Of a DNA stretch of 64,000 bases, positions 21,146 to 33,480 are shown in pieces. The stretch lies in contig JASTWF010000033.1 in assembly GCA_030390025.1 (NCBI GenBank), positions 622,001-686,000 on the forward strand. Reading direction: 5' to 3'. The translations under genes were made by a program, and so were the position numbers. The stretch's first letter is position 1; every line of letters starts with the position of its first letter. Under the pieces are notes generated by a model. The model saw only the letters and a list, made by a program, of their open reading frames with translations, was not told the DNA's origin and did no database searches. The stretch is from Squalus acanthias. Taxonomy: Eukaryota.

Positions 21146-23160
21146 ACAGCTGACATTAAAGGAAATCCAAAGCTCTTCTATAGACATATTAACAGTAAAA
21201 GGTTTGTCAGAGCAGCATTGGGGCCAAAATGGAGAACTATCGGTGGAGGCAGAGATAGTAAATTAGTACTTTTTATTGGTGTTTGCCAAGAAAGAGGAGT
21301 TTACCAAAGCTATGGTATTCAGGAGGCTGCTGGGATACTGGATGAGAAAATATAGATAAAGAATAAGTGCTAGTAAGTCTGGCGGTACTTAAAACACATA
21401 AGTCTCATAGTTGGGTCCCCAACTGTTTACAATCTATATTAACGATTTAAGGAGGGGACCGAGTGTAACATATCAAAGTTTGCAGATGATACAAAGATGG
21501 GAGGAAAACTAGAAAGTGAGGAGGACATAAAAAAACTACAAGGGGATATAGACAGACTGGGTGAGTGGGCGGAGATTTGGCAGATGCAATACAATATTGG
21601 AAAATGTGAGGTTATGCAACTTGGCAGGAAAAATCAAAGAGCAAGTTATTATCTTAATGGCGAGAAACTGGAAAGGACTGCAGTACAAAGGGATCTGGGG
21701 GTCCTAGTGCAAGAAAATCAAAAAGTTAGTATGCAGCTGCAGCAGGTGATCAAGAAGGCCAACGGAATGTTGGCTTTTATTGCTAGTGGGATAGATTATA
21801 AAAACAGGGAGGTATTGCTGCAGTTATATAAGGTATTGGTGGGACCGCACCTGGAATACTGCATCCAGTTTTCGTGTCCATACTTAAGAAAATACATACT
21901 TGCTCTCGAGGCAGTACAAAGAAGGTACACTCCGTTAATCCCGGGGATGAGGGGGTGGACATATGAGCAGAGGTTGAGTAGATTGGGACTCTACTCATTG
22001 GAGTTCAGAAGAATGAGAGGCGATCTAATTGAAACATATAAGATTGTGAAGGGGCTTGATCGGGTGGATGCGGTGAGGATGTTCCCAATGATGGGTGAAA
22101 CTAGAACTGGGGGGCATAATCTTAGAATAAGGGGCTGCTCTTTCAAAACTGAGATGAGGAGAAACTTCTTCACTCAGAGGGTAGTAGGTCTGTGGAATTT
22201 GCTACCCCTGGAAGCTGTGGAAGCTACATCATTAAATACATTTAAAACAGAAATAGATAGTTTCCTTGAGGTAAAGGGAATTAGGGGTTACGGTGAGCGG
22301 GCAGGAAATTGGACATGAGGCTGAGTTCGGATCGGTCAGGGCCCTGTGCGTGGCGGAGCGGGCCCAGGGGCTGAGTGGCCGGGTCCTGCTCCTACTTATT
22401 GTGTTCTTTAGTCTTGAGGTTAGGATCAGATCAGCCATGATCTCATTGAATGGCGGAGCAGGCTCGAGGGGCCGATTGGCCTACTCCTGCTCCTATTTCT
22501 TATGCTCTTGTGTTCTTATAAGTCTCATGGTCCGGATTGGATGCATCCTAGGTTGTTCTGGGAAGTAAGGGTAGAAATTCTAGAGGATACAGGAGTGGTG
22601 TCAAAGCTCTGGGGGATAGCAAATGTTGCACCTTGAAATTACAGGCCAGTCAGTTAAACAGCGGTGGTGAGGAAGCATTATAACAATAATCCGGGAGAAA
22701 AGTAACAGACAGTTAAACTAGCATAGACTAATAAAGGAGAGAAAACAGGGATATTTTAGGAGCAAATCGTGTTTGAATAAGTTGATTCCGTTTGTGTAAG
22801 AGTTAACAGAAAGGGTCGATGAGGGCATGTTCACTTGATATTGTGTATATGGACTTCCAAAACACATAGATGAGGTACTAAATGTGTACTTTCATCTGTC
22901 TTTACCAAGGAAACAAATGCTGCCAAAGTCAGTGGGTGGTAATGATCCAGAATGCTGTCCCTGAAAGGGTGGTGGAGGCAGATTGAATCGTGGCTTTCAA
23001 AAGGGAATTGGATGAGGACCTGAAAGGAAAAAAAAAAACAGGGCTGCAGAGAATGGGCGGGGGAGTGGGACCAGCTGAGGTGCTCTTGCAGAGAGCCGAC
23101 ACGTGATCGACGTGCCGAATTGGCCTCCTTCCGTGCAGTAACGATTCTGTGATTCTATGA
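21146..23160 (+). mobile_element. Mosaic of old CR1 fragments hosting a younger insertion
   Basis: Begins mid-ORF2 (DIKGNPKLFYRHINSK). KS.GPD..HPR and VYMDFQ remnants, and a (ATTCTATG)-type tail near 23145-23160. Confidence 0.7.
21409..22517 (+). mobile_element. 5'-truncated CR1 (subfamily A variant) with 11-bp TSD ATAAGTCTCAT
   Basis: ORF 21497-22318 is the CR1 RT C-terminus. TSD at 21398-21408 and 22518-22528. Confidence 0.92.
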
Positions 23161-23253
23161 TACTATTTTATGAGCAGGACATATTCGATATACGTTGCTT
23201 GTATAGAAGGTTAAGAGATGGTTGAAGTAGTTAATATGAAAGGGAGAGTCAAA

Positions 23254-23967
23254 GGGCCGTATATTCCGATCCCTACGGGTGTGTACGCGCTATGTACACA
23301 TCCGTAGAGACTTCGAATATGCCGGTTTCAGGCATACCAAGCGCATGCGTTGAAAACCGGCATTTCCGATCTGTCAAAAGCGACGCCTGCCCTGGAGAAG
23401 GGCCTCTGCGGGCGGATACTTCGCCTTTCTGCAGAACCACCGCCCGCAGAAAACTCTTAGAAATCTGACGCCTGGTAAAAGCAGCTGTACGGCATGCTTT
23501 TTCTAGCATAAGATTTGAAAAAAGATTTAAAAAAACTTTGTTTTCACTCATTTATTATTTTAAAATAATTTTAAAAAGAGGTAAGTTTATTTTTAGCCCC
23601 GTAAAAAACTTTAATTATTTTTTTAATAAAATTAAATTTCGGTTTAAAATATTTAATATTAATGTAATTTCAACTCATTTTAAAAACCTGATGAATTTTA
23701 ATGTATTTAATGTTTTACAGTGTTTTTGGGGTGATCTCCATTCATATATATAACAGGTATATCAGTCAAGTGCATGAAGGGAGATTCCCTTCTCCTCTTG
23801 GCTCCCCATGTCCCCCCTCGCGAACCGCATGCACCTCTGGGATACGTGGCCTCTGCATATTTCGAGTTGGAGCGGCCCAGGATCGGAAGAATACACACCT
23901 CGGGAGCCCTCCGGTAAGTTAGTACATTTTTTCCAAATCGGAGGCCTCAGATCGGAAAATACGGCCC
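23254..23967. mobile_element. Non-autonomous TIR element (PIF/Harbinger-like MITE)
   Basis: TIRs GGGCCGTATATTCCGATC / GATCGGAAAATACGGCCC (17/18 match). AT-rich core resembles 30054-30791 in the opposite orientation. Confidence 0.8.
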
Positions 23968-24283
23968 ACCGTATTTCCTTTGAAGGTGTAGTCTAGAGAA
24001 AAGGGCCATAATACTAAAATTAGAGCTATGCCGGTCAGGCGTGATGTCCGGAAACAATTGTTCACACACAGGTTAGTCCTCTGGGTAGCGTAGCGGGCCC
24101 AGGGGCCGTGTAGCCTGATCCTGCTCCTATTTCGTGTGTCCAATTCTGTTAGGTTCAGGAGATGGTTCTGTGATAGTAGATTGGAGGTTAGGATCAGATC
24201 AGCCATGATCTTATTGAATGGCGGAGCAGGCTCGAGGGGTCAATTGGCCTATTCCTGCTCTTATTTCTTATGTTCTTATGTTT

Positions 24284-24785
24284 AGTGAGGGAATGGGAGT
24301 GAGATTTACAGAGTGAGGGCATGGGAGTGAGATTAACAGAGTGAGGGCATGGGAGTGAGAATTAGAGATTGAGGGAATGGTAGTTAGATTTACAGAGTGA
24401 GGGATGGGAGTGAGGTTTACAGAGTGAGGGAATGGGAGTGAGATTTACAGAGTGAGGGATGGGAGTGAGATTTACAGAGTGAGGGGATGGGAGTGAGATT
24501 ACAGAGTGAGGGAGTGGGAGTGAGATTTACAGAGTGAGGGAATGGGAGTTAGATTTACGGAGTGAGGGAATGGGAGTGAGATTTACAGAGTGAGGGGATG
24601 AGAGTGAGATTTACAGAGTGAGGGATTGGGAGTGAGATGTACAGAGTGAGGGAATGGGAGTGAGTTTTACAGAGTGAGGGAATGGGAGTGAGATTTACAG
24701 AGTGCGGGAGTGGCAGTGAGATTTATAGAGAGAGAAAATGGGAGTGAGATTTACAGAGTGAGGGAATGGGAGTGAGGTTTACAGA
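24284..24785. repeat. 28-bp minisatellite (GAGTGAGGGAATGGGAGTGAGATTTACA)n; continues at 29533-30053 with a remnant at 30810-30865
   Basis: Direct tandem units. The array is split by a full-length CR1 and a MITE. Confidence 0.95.
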
Positions 24786-25365
24786 GTATAAAAAGACCAG
24801 TATGAGTGCGAGCCAGCACTCTCTGCTGACTTTGGGTGAGTGGGAGTAGTTCTTTAATTGTTAGTTCTCTTTAAATCATTCTTGATAAGAGTACTTAAGC
24901 AATTTAAGTGAAGGGGAAAAGTTAACTATTTGGGATTCTGTTGGTTTAGGAAGAGTAAAACAAGGTTACACTGCAGTAGGAGTAAATTGGCACAGCAGGC
25001 AGTGGAAACCAGTTTTCTAATCAATCAGCAGGGGTGACTCATTTGGCTGTAAACAAACAAACAGTATAAAAAGACCAGTGCTATTGCGAGCCAGCACTGA
25101 GTGCAAGTCAGCAGAGAGTGCTGAGTTTGGGTAAGTGGGAGTTCGGGTGAGTGGAGCGTAGGGTGCTCTTTTCAAACTTTAACTCTGTGGGTTGTAGTTA
25201 ATAAGGCCTTTCTGGTGCAGAGAGTCTGTTGGTAAACCAATTAACTGGTGTAATTTAGAGGGATTGATTTAAATTAAATCCAATTAATTAGAGGGGATAC
25301 TAGCATCTATAATCGGGCAGAGAGTGTCCATAACTAACAATAAAAAAAATAATTAATTACATAGA

Positions 25366-26304
25366 ATGGAGCAGGTGATGTGTTACTGTTGCGAGATGTG
25401 GGAGCCGGTGCAACCCATTGAGGCTCACGGTGATTACATCTGTGACAAGTGTCTGCTGCTACAGGAACTCCAGCTCCGTGTTGATGAGCTGGAGTCTGAG
25501 CTTCAGACACTGCGACACATCAGGGAGGGGGAGAAGTACCTGGACTCTGTGTTTCAGGAGGTGGTCACACCTATGAAGTTAATTAATTCAGATGTAGCCC
25601 ATGGTCAGGGACAGGACGGTGTGACTACGAGTGAGGCAGGTACGGGAATCCAGGAGGTAGTGTTGGATGAGCCGCAGCCCTTGCTCTTGTCCAACAGGTT
25701 TGATAGTTCTTATTCCCTGTGGGGACAGGAGCATGGACTGCAGGGAGGATGAGCAACCTCGCCACAGCACCGTGGAACGGGGGGCCATTCAAGAGGGTGG
25801 AGTAAATAGAAATGTTGTAGTCGTAGGTGATAGTATTATTAGGGGGATAGATAGAGAACTCTGCAGCCGAGAGCGAGAGTCCCGTAGGCTGTGTTGCCTG
25901 CCCGGTGCCAGGGTTAAGGACATCCCCTCTGGGCTGGAAAGAAACTTGCAGTGGGAGTGGGTGGATCAAATTTTCATAGTCCATGTTGGTTCAAACGACG
26001 TAGATAGGACATGGAAGGAGTATGAGCAGCAAGGGTCAAATTAAAAAACAGAACCTCAAGGGTAATAATCTCTGGATTATTACCTGAGCCACGAGCGAAA
26101 TTGGTCAGGACAAATAAAATTTGAGAGTTAAATGAGTGGCTCAAAGACTGGTGTGGGAGAAATGGGTTTTGCTTCCTGGGACACTGGCACCAGTACTGGG
26201 GCAGGAGGGAGCTGTTCCGTTGGGACGGGCTTCACTTGGCCAGTGCTGGGACTAGAGTCCTGGCGGATCATATAACTAGGGCTGTAGAGAGGGCTTTAAA
26301 CTAA
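25366..26304 (+). pseudogene. CR1 ORF1 (zinc finger/leucine zipper + SGNH esterase), frameshifted
   Basis: CYCCEMW..YICDKC, heptad LQELQLRVDELESELQTL, VVVGDSIIRG, LPGARVKDI, VHVGSND, DGLHL; ends AVERALN*. Confidence 0.9.
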
Positions 26305-26342
26305 CTAGTGGGGGGGAGGTTCCCAGAGAGCAAATAATAAAA

Positions 26343-29302
26343 ATGACAACAGAGAAGGTCATAGACTTAGGTAGCAGTGGGGAAATTAAAAACCAGAGTG
26401 TATCAGGAAGGGGCAGAAGGTATGGAGTAAAATGTAAAGTAATAAAAAGGGCAAAAGCAGGAACTAAGTGTCACAAAACATATTTGAAAGTTCTCTATCT
26501 GAATGCACGTAGCATTCGTAACAAATTAGAGGAGTTAATGGCACAAATAACTACATATGAGTATGATCGTGTGGCCATTACAGAAACATGGCTGCAGGGT
26601 GACAATGCCTGGGAATTAAACATACCAGGTTATTTAACGATCAGGAAGGACAGGCAGGGAGGAAGGGGAGGTGGGGTGGCTATGTTAATAAAGGAAGGAA
26701 TCACTGTAATACAGAGAAATGATTTTGGGTCAAAAGATCAGGATAATGAAACAGTTTGGGTGGAGATAAGGAATAATAAGGGGGAAAAAAAACATTAGTG
26801 GGCGTAGTCTATAGGCCTCCGAATAGTTGTAACTCTGTTGGACGGAGTATCAATCTGGAAATAGTTGAGGTTTATAATAAGGGAACATCTATAATTATGG
26901 GGGATTTTAACGATCATATTAATTGGACAAATCAAATTGGGCATGGCTGCCTTGAGGATGAGTTCATTGAGTGCATTAGGGATGGGTTTCTTGAGCAGTA
27001 AGTAACTGAACCGACCAGGGGGCAAGCAACCTTAGATCTGGTCCTGTGTAACGAGACGAGATTAATTAAAAATGTCCTAGTAAAGGCTTCCCTTGGAATG
27101 AGTGACCATAACATGGTTGAATTCCATATTCAATTAGAGGGTGAGAAGGTTGGATCTCAAACAAGCGTGCTAAGTTTGAATAAAGGAGACTATGAAGGTA
27201 TGCGAGCGGACTTTAGTAGAGTGGATTGGGAAAATAGATTAAAGGGTAAGACAATACATGATTAGTGGTGTACATTTAAGGAGTTATTTTACAACTTCCA
27301 AAAAATATATATTCCACTGAGAAGAAAAGGGTGTAAAAGAAAAGACAGTCATCCGTGGCTAAGTAAAGAAATTAAGGATAGTATTCGACTAAAAACAACG
27401 GCATATAAGGTAGCCAAATCTAGTGGGAGGATAGAGGATTGGGAAAACTTTAAAAGACAGCAAAAAATAACAAAAAGATTGATTAAGAAAGGGAAGATAG
27501 ATTATGAAAGTAAATTAGCAAAAAATATAAAAACAGATAGTAAGAGTTTTTATAGTTATATAAAAAGAAAAAGGGTGGCTAAAGTAAATGTTGGTCCCTT
27601 AGAGGATGAGACCGGGAAATTAATGGTGGGAAATATGGAGATGGCAAATACACTGAATGAATATTTTGTATCAGTCTTTACAGTAGAGGACACTAAGAAT
27701 ATCCCAACACTGGACAAACAGGGGGCTAGAGGGGGCGGGGGGGTGGAGCTAAACATGATCAAAATCTATAAGGAAGTGGTACTCGGTAAAATAATGAGAC
27801 TCAAGGCGGATAAATCCCCTGGACCTGATGGCTTACATTCTAGGGTCTTGAGGGAGGTGGCGGTAGGGATTGTGGATGCATTGGTAATAATTTTCCAAAA
27901 CTCCCTGGACTCAGCAAAGATCCCGGCAGACTGGAAAACTGCTAATGTAACACCCTTATTTGAAAAGCGCAGTAGACAGTAGGCTGGAAACTATAGACCG
28001 GTTAGCCTAACATCTGTGGTAGGTAAAATTTTGGAGTCCATTATTAAGGAGACAGTAACGGGACATTTGGATAATCATAATTTAATAGGACAAAGTCAGC
28101 ATGGTTTTATGAAGGGGAAGTCATGTTTGACAAATTTGCTGGAGTTCTTTGAGGAAGTAACACACAGGGTGGATAAAGCGGAACCAGTGGATGTGGTGTA
28201 TTTAGACTTCCAAAAGGCATTTGACAAGGTGCCACACAAAAGATTATTGCTTAAGATAAAAAATCACGGTATTGGGGGTAATATTCTGGCATGGATAGAG
28301 GATTGGCTATCTAACAGAAGGCAGAGAGTTGGGATAAATGGTTCATTCTCAGACTGGCAATCAGTAACTAGCGGTGTTCTGCAGGGGTCAGTGCTGGGTC
28401 CCCAACTCTTTACTATCTATATTAACGATTTGGAGGAGGGGACCGAGTGTAACATATCAAAGTTTGCAGATGATACTAAGATGGGAGGGAAAGTAGTGAG
28501 TGAGGAGGACATAAAAAATCTGCAAGGGGACATAGACAGGTTAAGTAAGTGGGCAGAGATTTGGCAGATGGAATACAATACTGCAAAGTGTGAGGTTATG
28601 CACTTTGGCAGGAAAAATAGTAGAGCAAGTTATTATCTAAATGGCAAGAAACTGGAAATTACTGAAGTACAAAGGGATCTGGGGGTCCTAGTGCACGAAA
28701 CTCAAAAGATTAGTATGCAGGTGCAGCAAGTAATTAAGAAGGCCAATCGAATGTTGGCTTTCATTGCTAAGGGGATAGAATATAAAAATAGGGAGGTATT
28801 GCTTCAGTTGTACAAGGTATTGGTGAGACCGCACCTGGAATACTGCATACAGTTTTGGTGTCCATACTTAAGAAAATACATACTTGCTCTCGAGGCAGTA
28901 CAAAGAAGGTTCACTCGGTTAATCCCGGGGATGAGGGGATGGACATATGAGGAGAGGTTGGGTAGATTGGGACTCTACTCATTGGAGTTCAGAAGAATGA
29001 GAGGCGATCTTATTGAAACATATAAGATTGTGAAGGGGTTGGATCGGGTGGATGCGGGGAGGATGTTCCCGATGATGGGTGAAACTAGAACTAGGGGGCA
29101 TAGTCTTAGAATAAGGGGCTGCTCTTTCAAAACTGAGATGAGAAGGAACTATTTCACTCAGAGGGTGGTAGGTCCATGGAATATGCTGCCCGAAAAAGAT
29201 GTAGAAGCTACATCATTACATAAATTTAAAACAGAAATAGACAGTTTCCTAGAAGTAAAGGGAATTAAGGGTTACGGGGAGCGGGCAGGAAATTGGACAT
29301 GA
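26343..29302 (+). pseudogene. CR1 ORF2 (APE endonuclease + reverse transcriptase), disrupted
   Basis: YLNARSIRNK, AITETWL, YRPP, GDFN and SDH endonuclease motifs. RT 28016-29302 is open (KFADD). Upstream stops and A-run frameshifts near 26790, 27001, 27263 and 27982. Confidence 0.95.
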
Positions 29303-30053
29303 GTCTAGGTTCGGATCGGTCATGGCCCTCTGGGTAGCGTAGCGGGCCCAGGGGCCGTGTAGCCTGATCCTGCTCCTATTTCGTGTGTCCAATTCTGTTA
29401 GGTTCAGGAGATGGTTCTGTGATAGTAGATTGGAGGTTAGGATCAGATCAGCCATGATCTTATTGAATGGCGGAGCAGGCTCGAGGGGTCAATTGGCCTA
29501 TTCCTGCTCTTATTTCTTATGTTCTTATGTTTAGTGAGGGAATGGGAGTGAGATTTACAGAGTGAGGGCATGGGAGTGAGATTAACAGAGTGAGGGCATG
29601 GGAGTGAGAATTAGAGATTGAGGGAATGGTAGTTAGATTTACAGAGTGAGGGGATGAGAGTGAGGTTTACAGAGTGAGGGAATGGGAGTGAGATTTACAG
29701 AGTGAGGGGATGGGAGTTAGATTTACAGAGTGAGGGGATGGGAGTGAGGTTTACAGAGTGAGGGCATGGGAGTCAGATTTACAGAGTGAGGGCATGGGTG
29801 TGAGAATTACGGATTGAGGGAATGGGAGTGAGAATTACGGATTGAGGGAATGGGAGTGAGAATTGCAGATTGAGGGAAATTTTTTGAGATTTACAGAGTG
29901 AGGGAATGGGAGTGAGATTTACAGATTGAGGGAATGGGAGTGGGATTTACAGAGTGAGGGAATGGGAGTGATATTTGCTGAGTGATAGAACGGGAGTGAG
30001 ATTTTGACAGTGAGAGAATGCGATTGCGAGTGAGACTCACCGAGTGAGAGAAT

Positions 30054-30791
30054 GGCGCAGAAATTGATCTCGCTCTGTTCCCGCGGGGGTAAGGCTTCCC
30101 CGCGCTCTCTCACTCCGCTTGTGCTTTTTCAGATCCAGCTGGCACGAACTTGATGTTCCAGACATCAGCTGGGCAGTGCTTGCGTATCCCACCGGCGTAG
30201 TGAATTCGTGCGAGCTGTGGGATCACGTGACTCAGTTAGAGCCAATGGCAGCACACCATCTTCCATTCATAAGTTTCACTTACGTGCTGTGAAATCTATG
30301 AATCTTACACCCCCCAAAATAACAGCTAAACCTCAATTAATTGTTTTAAAAAAACCATCACATTAATAAAATAAGTATAGTTAAATAAATTAACCATTTT
30401 AAATAAAAAATAAAATTTTTGAAAAATTTTAAATCTTTTAAAAAGTTATAAAAATAAACTTACCTGTCTTTAAAGTCTCTAAAAAGATATACCTGTTAAA
30501 AAAAATTCAAAAAAATTCTTAATTCACTACTTACCTTGTTAAAAGTGGGTCTTACTCCTTTTTCCATTTCTAAAATCTTCCGTACTTACCTGCGCGTCCA
30601 AAGCATGAAGTGCACAGCGTGCGCGCAGCCTGTAGCGCGCACGCGATGCACCGAGGAACCGCCCCCTTTTCAAAAGACCAAGTGCCGGTTTTCAGCGCAT
30701 GCGCAGGGCATGCAGAAAACCGGCAATTGGAGAGAGAATACGCGAGAGTACGCAGTGCGTACTCTCGCGTCGCGGGATGAATTTTTGGCCC
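30054..30791. mobile_element. PIF/Harbinger-like MITE, 3-bp TSD AAT
   Basis: Ends GGCGCAGAAATT...AATTTTTGGCCC with AAT on both sides. A highly similar copy starts at 63461. Confidence 0.85.
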
Positions 30792-31498
30792 AATATGTCT
30801 GGCATCGATAGACTGAGGGAATGGGAGTAAGAATGAGATTTACAGAGTGGGAGGATGGGATTTACATTTAAAGATGTGTGGGCTTGAAGGGTAAACTTTG
30901 TGCAAAAAGGGATAGAGAGATAAACCAGGTAAAGATAGATTAGTTCATTCATGTTCTCATTGACCGAATTTCAAAGCTTTAGATAAAAATTATAATTTTA
31001 AACGATGCTGTACACTGGGTGATATCGAATTAGACGCGTATTATCCACAATGCTGGATTCTCCTTTCTGAGGAAGTCAGTGGTGGGGAGATTCGGGCGGC
31101 GTGAATAATGAACGGCCAGTTCTCCATCGCCGGTGTTATGCCAACACCCAAACTTAAAGTGAACATCTTTGATTTTTCTGACAATCAACATCTCATGTAT
31201 ATTCAGCAGGCATTTACTTTCTCTCTTTAATTTAGCTACATGCTCCATCCCAGTATCATTTTCTGTGGCACTTTAGCTTCTGGCGATAATATGAAATGGG
31301 CAATATCGAATTGGCCTTCCATTGTATTCAATGGGAAGGAAAATCGGGCGTGGTATAAAATAGGGGACATATTGGATATGTCCCATTTTACACCGTCGCC
31401 CAAAGTTAATATCCCCCCTCTGTGTCACTTTCACGCACACACAACCCACAACTTTGCTGTTTGGACTGAGATACTGAGTGACTCTCTGCTGTTGACAG

Positions 31499-31610
31499 GC
31501 CTGGAGGGCATTGCCAGCCGGCTGGGACTCGGCCTCTTGGCTCCAAGGAAGAAGATCACGGTGATGTTGATGTGGAACTCTTCGGCCGGCAAGAGCTCGT
31601 TCATCAACTG
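31499..31610 (+). pseudogene. GTPase exon A (P-loop)
   Basis: TTGACAG|..LEGIASRLGLGLLAPRKKITVMLMWNSSAGKSSFIN(W)|GTGAGT. The G1 glycine is replaced by Trp (TGG, 31573-31575). Confidence 0.9.
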
Positions 31611-32589
31611 GTGAGTACGTCATTTGATTGTTCACTCTCGTGACCTCGGTGACGCTGGCAAGGACGCATTTATTCCCAACATTAGTTGTCTTGAAGGCAT
31701 TAAGAGCCAACCAAGTGGTGTGGCATTGGAATTACTTGTTAATGCTGCGGATGTAACATAAATTAATTTTCACAAGGCATTTGATAAAATGCTTCAAAGG
31801 AAGCTTGCTACAAAACTCAGGAAAATGCTATGAGAAATTACAGCATGATAGCTGTAAATCTGTTGACAGTGATAAAATGAGCAGGGACTCTAACCAGCGA
31901 GAATAGTGCAGGGGAAAGGTTAGAAATTTAAAATTTAGCTCCAAGCTCCAGCCCAATGCGTCCCGGCTGCCTTCATTGTCATGAAGGTGAATCACGCCAT
32001 CGACGAGACTCCCGCTAAAGGAAGGCGGGGCCTACTTAACATTCAATAGTTGTGCCCCAATAACCTCATCAGGCGTGCCAATTGCCTTGGATCTGGCACG
32101 CACCGTTCGCGGCAGCCCTTTTAAAATCGGGGCCTAATGGGGATGCCTGTATTGGAGACGGGTTGGAAGTAGTATAGTCCGGGGTCAGAACTGCGTCCAT
32201 TTTAGTTCTTGGTGTATATCAACGATTTGCAATTGAGCATAGGGAGCTTAATCTCAAAATTTGCGCATGAGCCAAATAGCAGCGGATTTAAAAACCAAGA
32301 GGACAACGAGTACAGGAATTAGAAAGTAAATTTGGACAGGCCTCAGACAGAAAATGTGTGCACTTTTAGGCACCCTATATAGAACCTCATTCAGCCGCAG
32401 ACAGCATGCAGCATAGATTCAGCAAGATGATGCCTGCATGGTGAAGTACTTACGTTAAAACTACTCATAGTATCATAGAAAGATAGCACCGGAGAAATAT
32501 AAAATCACGGGACTGTAGAATGGTGGAGTTACAGAAGCAGAGAGTCAAATAAACAGATAATCATTGAATCAGTGAATCATAGAATCATA

Positions 32590-33480
32590 GAGGGAAAAAT
32601 TCAGTTGGTTGCGCCTCCCGTTAGCGCCTTAAGAGGGTGCAAATGGGGCGCAAAGCATCTAGCGCCCGGGCGCGGCGATGTTTGTGCCGCTCGCGAAATT
32701 AACTAGACATTTTGCGACGGTGCTAAACATTACCGCCACGATCTCCTGCGCTGGCAGATCGTGACGTCAGTCAAGTGCGCAACGCCCCGGTAGCGCCCTG
32801 TAACGGATATTGAGTGGCGCCCCCTGCCTTACCGCCTGCCGCTAGCAACGACAGGTTGAGGAGAGCGTTTTGCAGTCAGGAAGGGACTGGGGGAGCACTA
32901 TTTAAAGGCGACTGCTTCCTGCCTTTTTTTGTTGGCGACATTTTCGAAACACGCATTCTGAGAGGGAGAGAGATAGACTTCTGGCGAGATTCAACGCTGT
33001 GTGAAGGAGTTTCAGGTATTGAGCTGCACTTTGCAGGTTCATTTTGATTTGACCTTCCTTGTATCGATTTAGAGCAGACGGTGGGGGCTGCACTCTGAGC
33101 TCTTTCCCTGGGGTTCTCCATTGTTCTTTCCAGCAGATTTGATGTACAGGTCTCTCCAGGCCGAGATTCAAGGCTGCAATGAGCAGGATGTAGATGGAAA
33201 GCAAGATAAACCCTACCCTTTAAGAACTGGCTGTGGTCATTGTGTCTGTGTTCCATTGCTGACTGACATCACGAGCTTCGCCAGCGCTCTGAGTTAGCGC
33301 CTCGCTCCTCAGCCTTTGCGCCTTAAGACAGATGTGTAGCGGCTGATTTAGCGCTCCAATCACCTCCAGGGGCGATAAAAGTCAAGTTTGCAGTCAGAGA
33401 TGATAATTATCGCGAGGCACTAATCTTTGCGCCCGGCCGATAATTGCGCCTCAAACGGGGCGATACTGAATTTTCCCACC
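32590..33480. mobile_element. TIR element (Harbinger-like, non-autonomous), TSD ATA
   Basis: Ends GAGGGAAAAATTCAGT...ACTGAATTTTCCCACC, flanked by ATA on both sides. CpG-rich subterminal regions. Confidence 0.7.

Larger units (their letters stand above)
24786..29530 (+). mobile_element. Full-length CR1 LINE (subfamily A), inactivated
   Basis: 5' UTR, ORF1, ORF2 (APE + RT), 3' UTR and TTCTTATG tail are all present. Confidence 0.95.

Noticed and set aside
9261..21151. Target-site duplication for the provirus
   Set aside because: Flanks ATAAGG and ACAGCT share no 4-6 bp duplication.
28016..29302. Intact or domesticated reverse transcriptase gene (428 aa ORF)
   Set aside because: It is the open remainder of a young CR1 ORF2 with upstream stops and frameshifts.
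24284..30053. CRISPR-like array or telomeric repeat
   Set aside because: Head-to-tail 28-bp units with no unique spacers, not TTAGGG, and in a eukaryotic context.
9107..31610. Functional lectin-GTPase fusion gene
   Set aside because: Reading the 106-nt lectin exon from phase 0 hits TGA at codon 14. In the lectin frame it ends in phase 2 while the GTPase exon needs phase 1. The GTPase is disabled anyway.
32876..33256. Transposase or Myb-like ORF inside the TIR element
   Set aside because: No DDE or SANT/Myb motif is recognisable in the translation.
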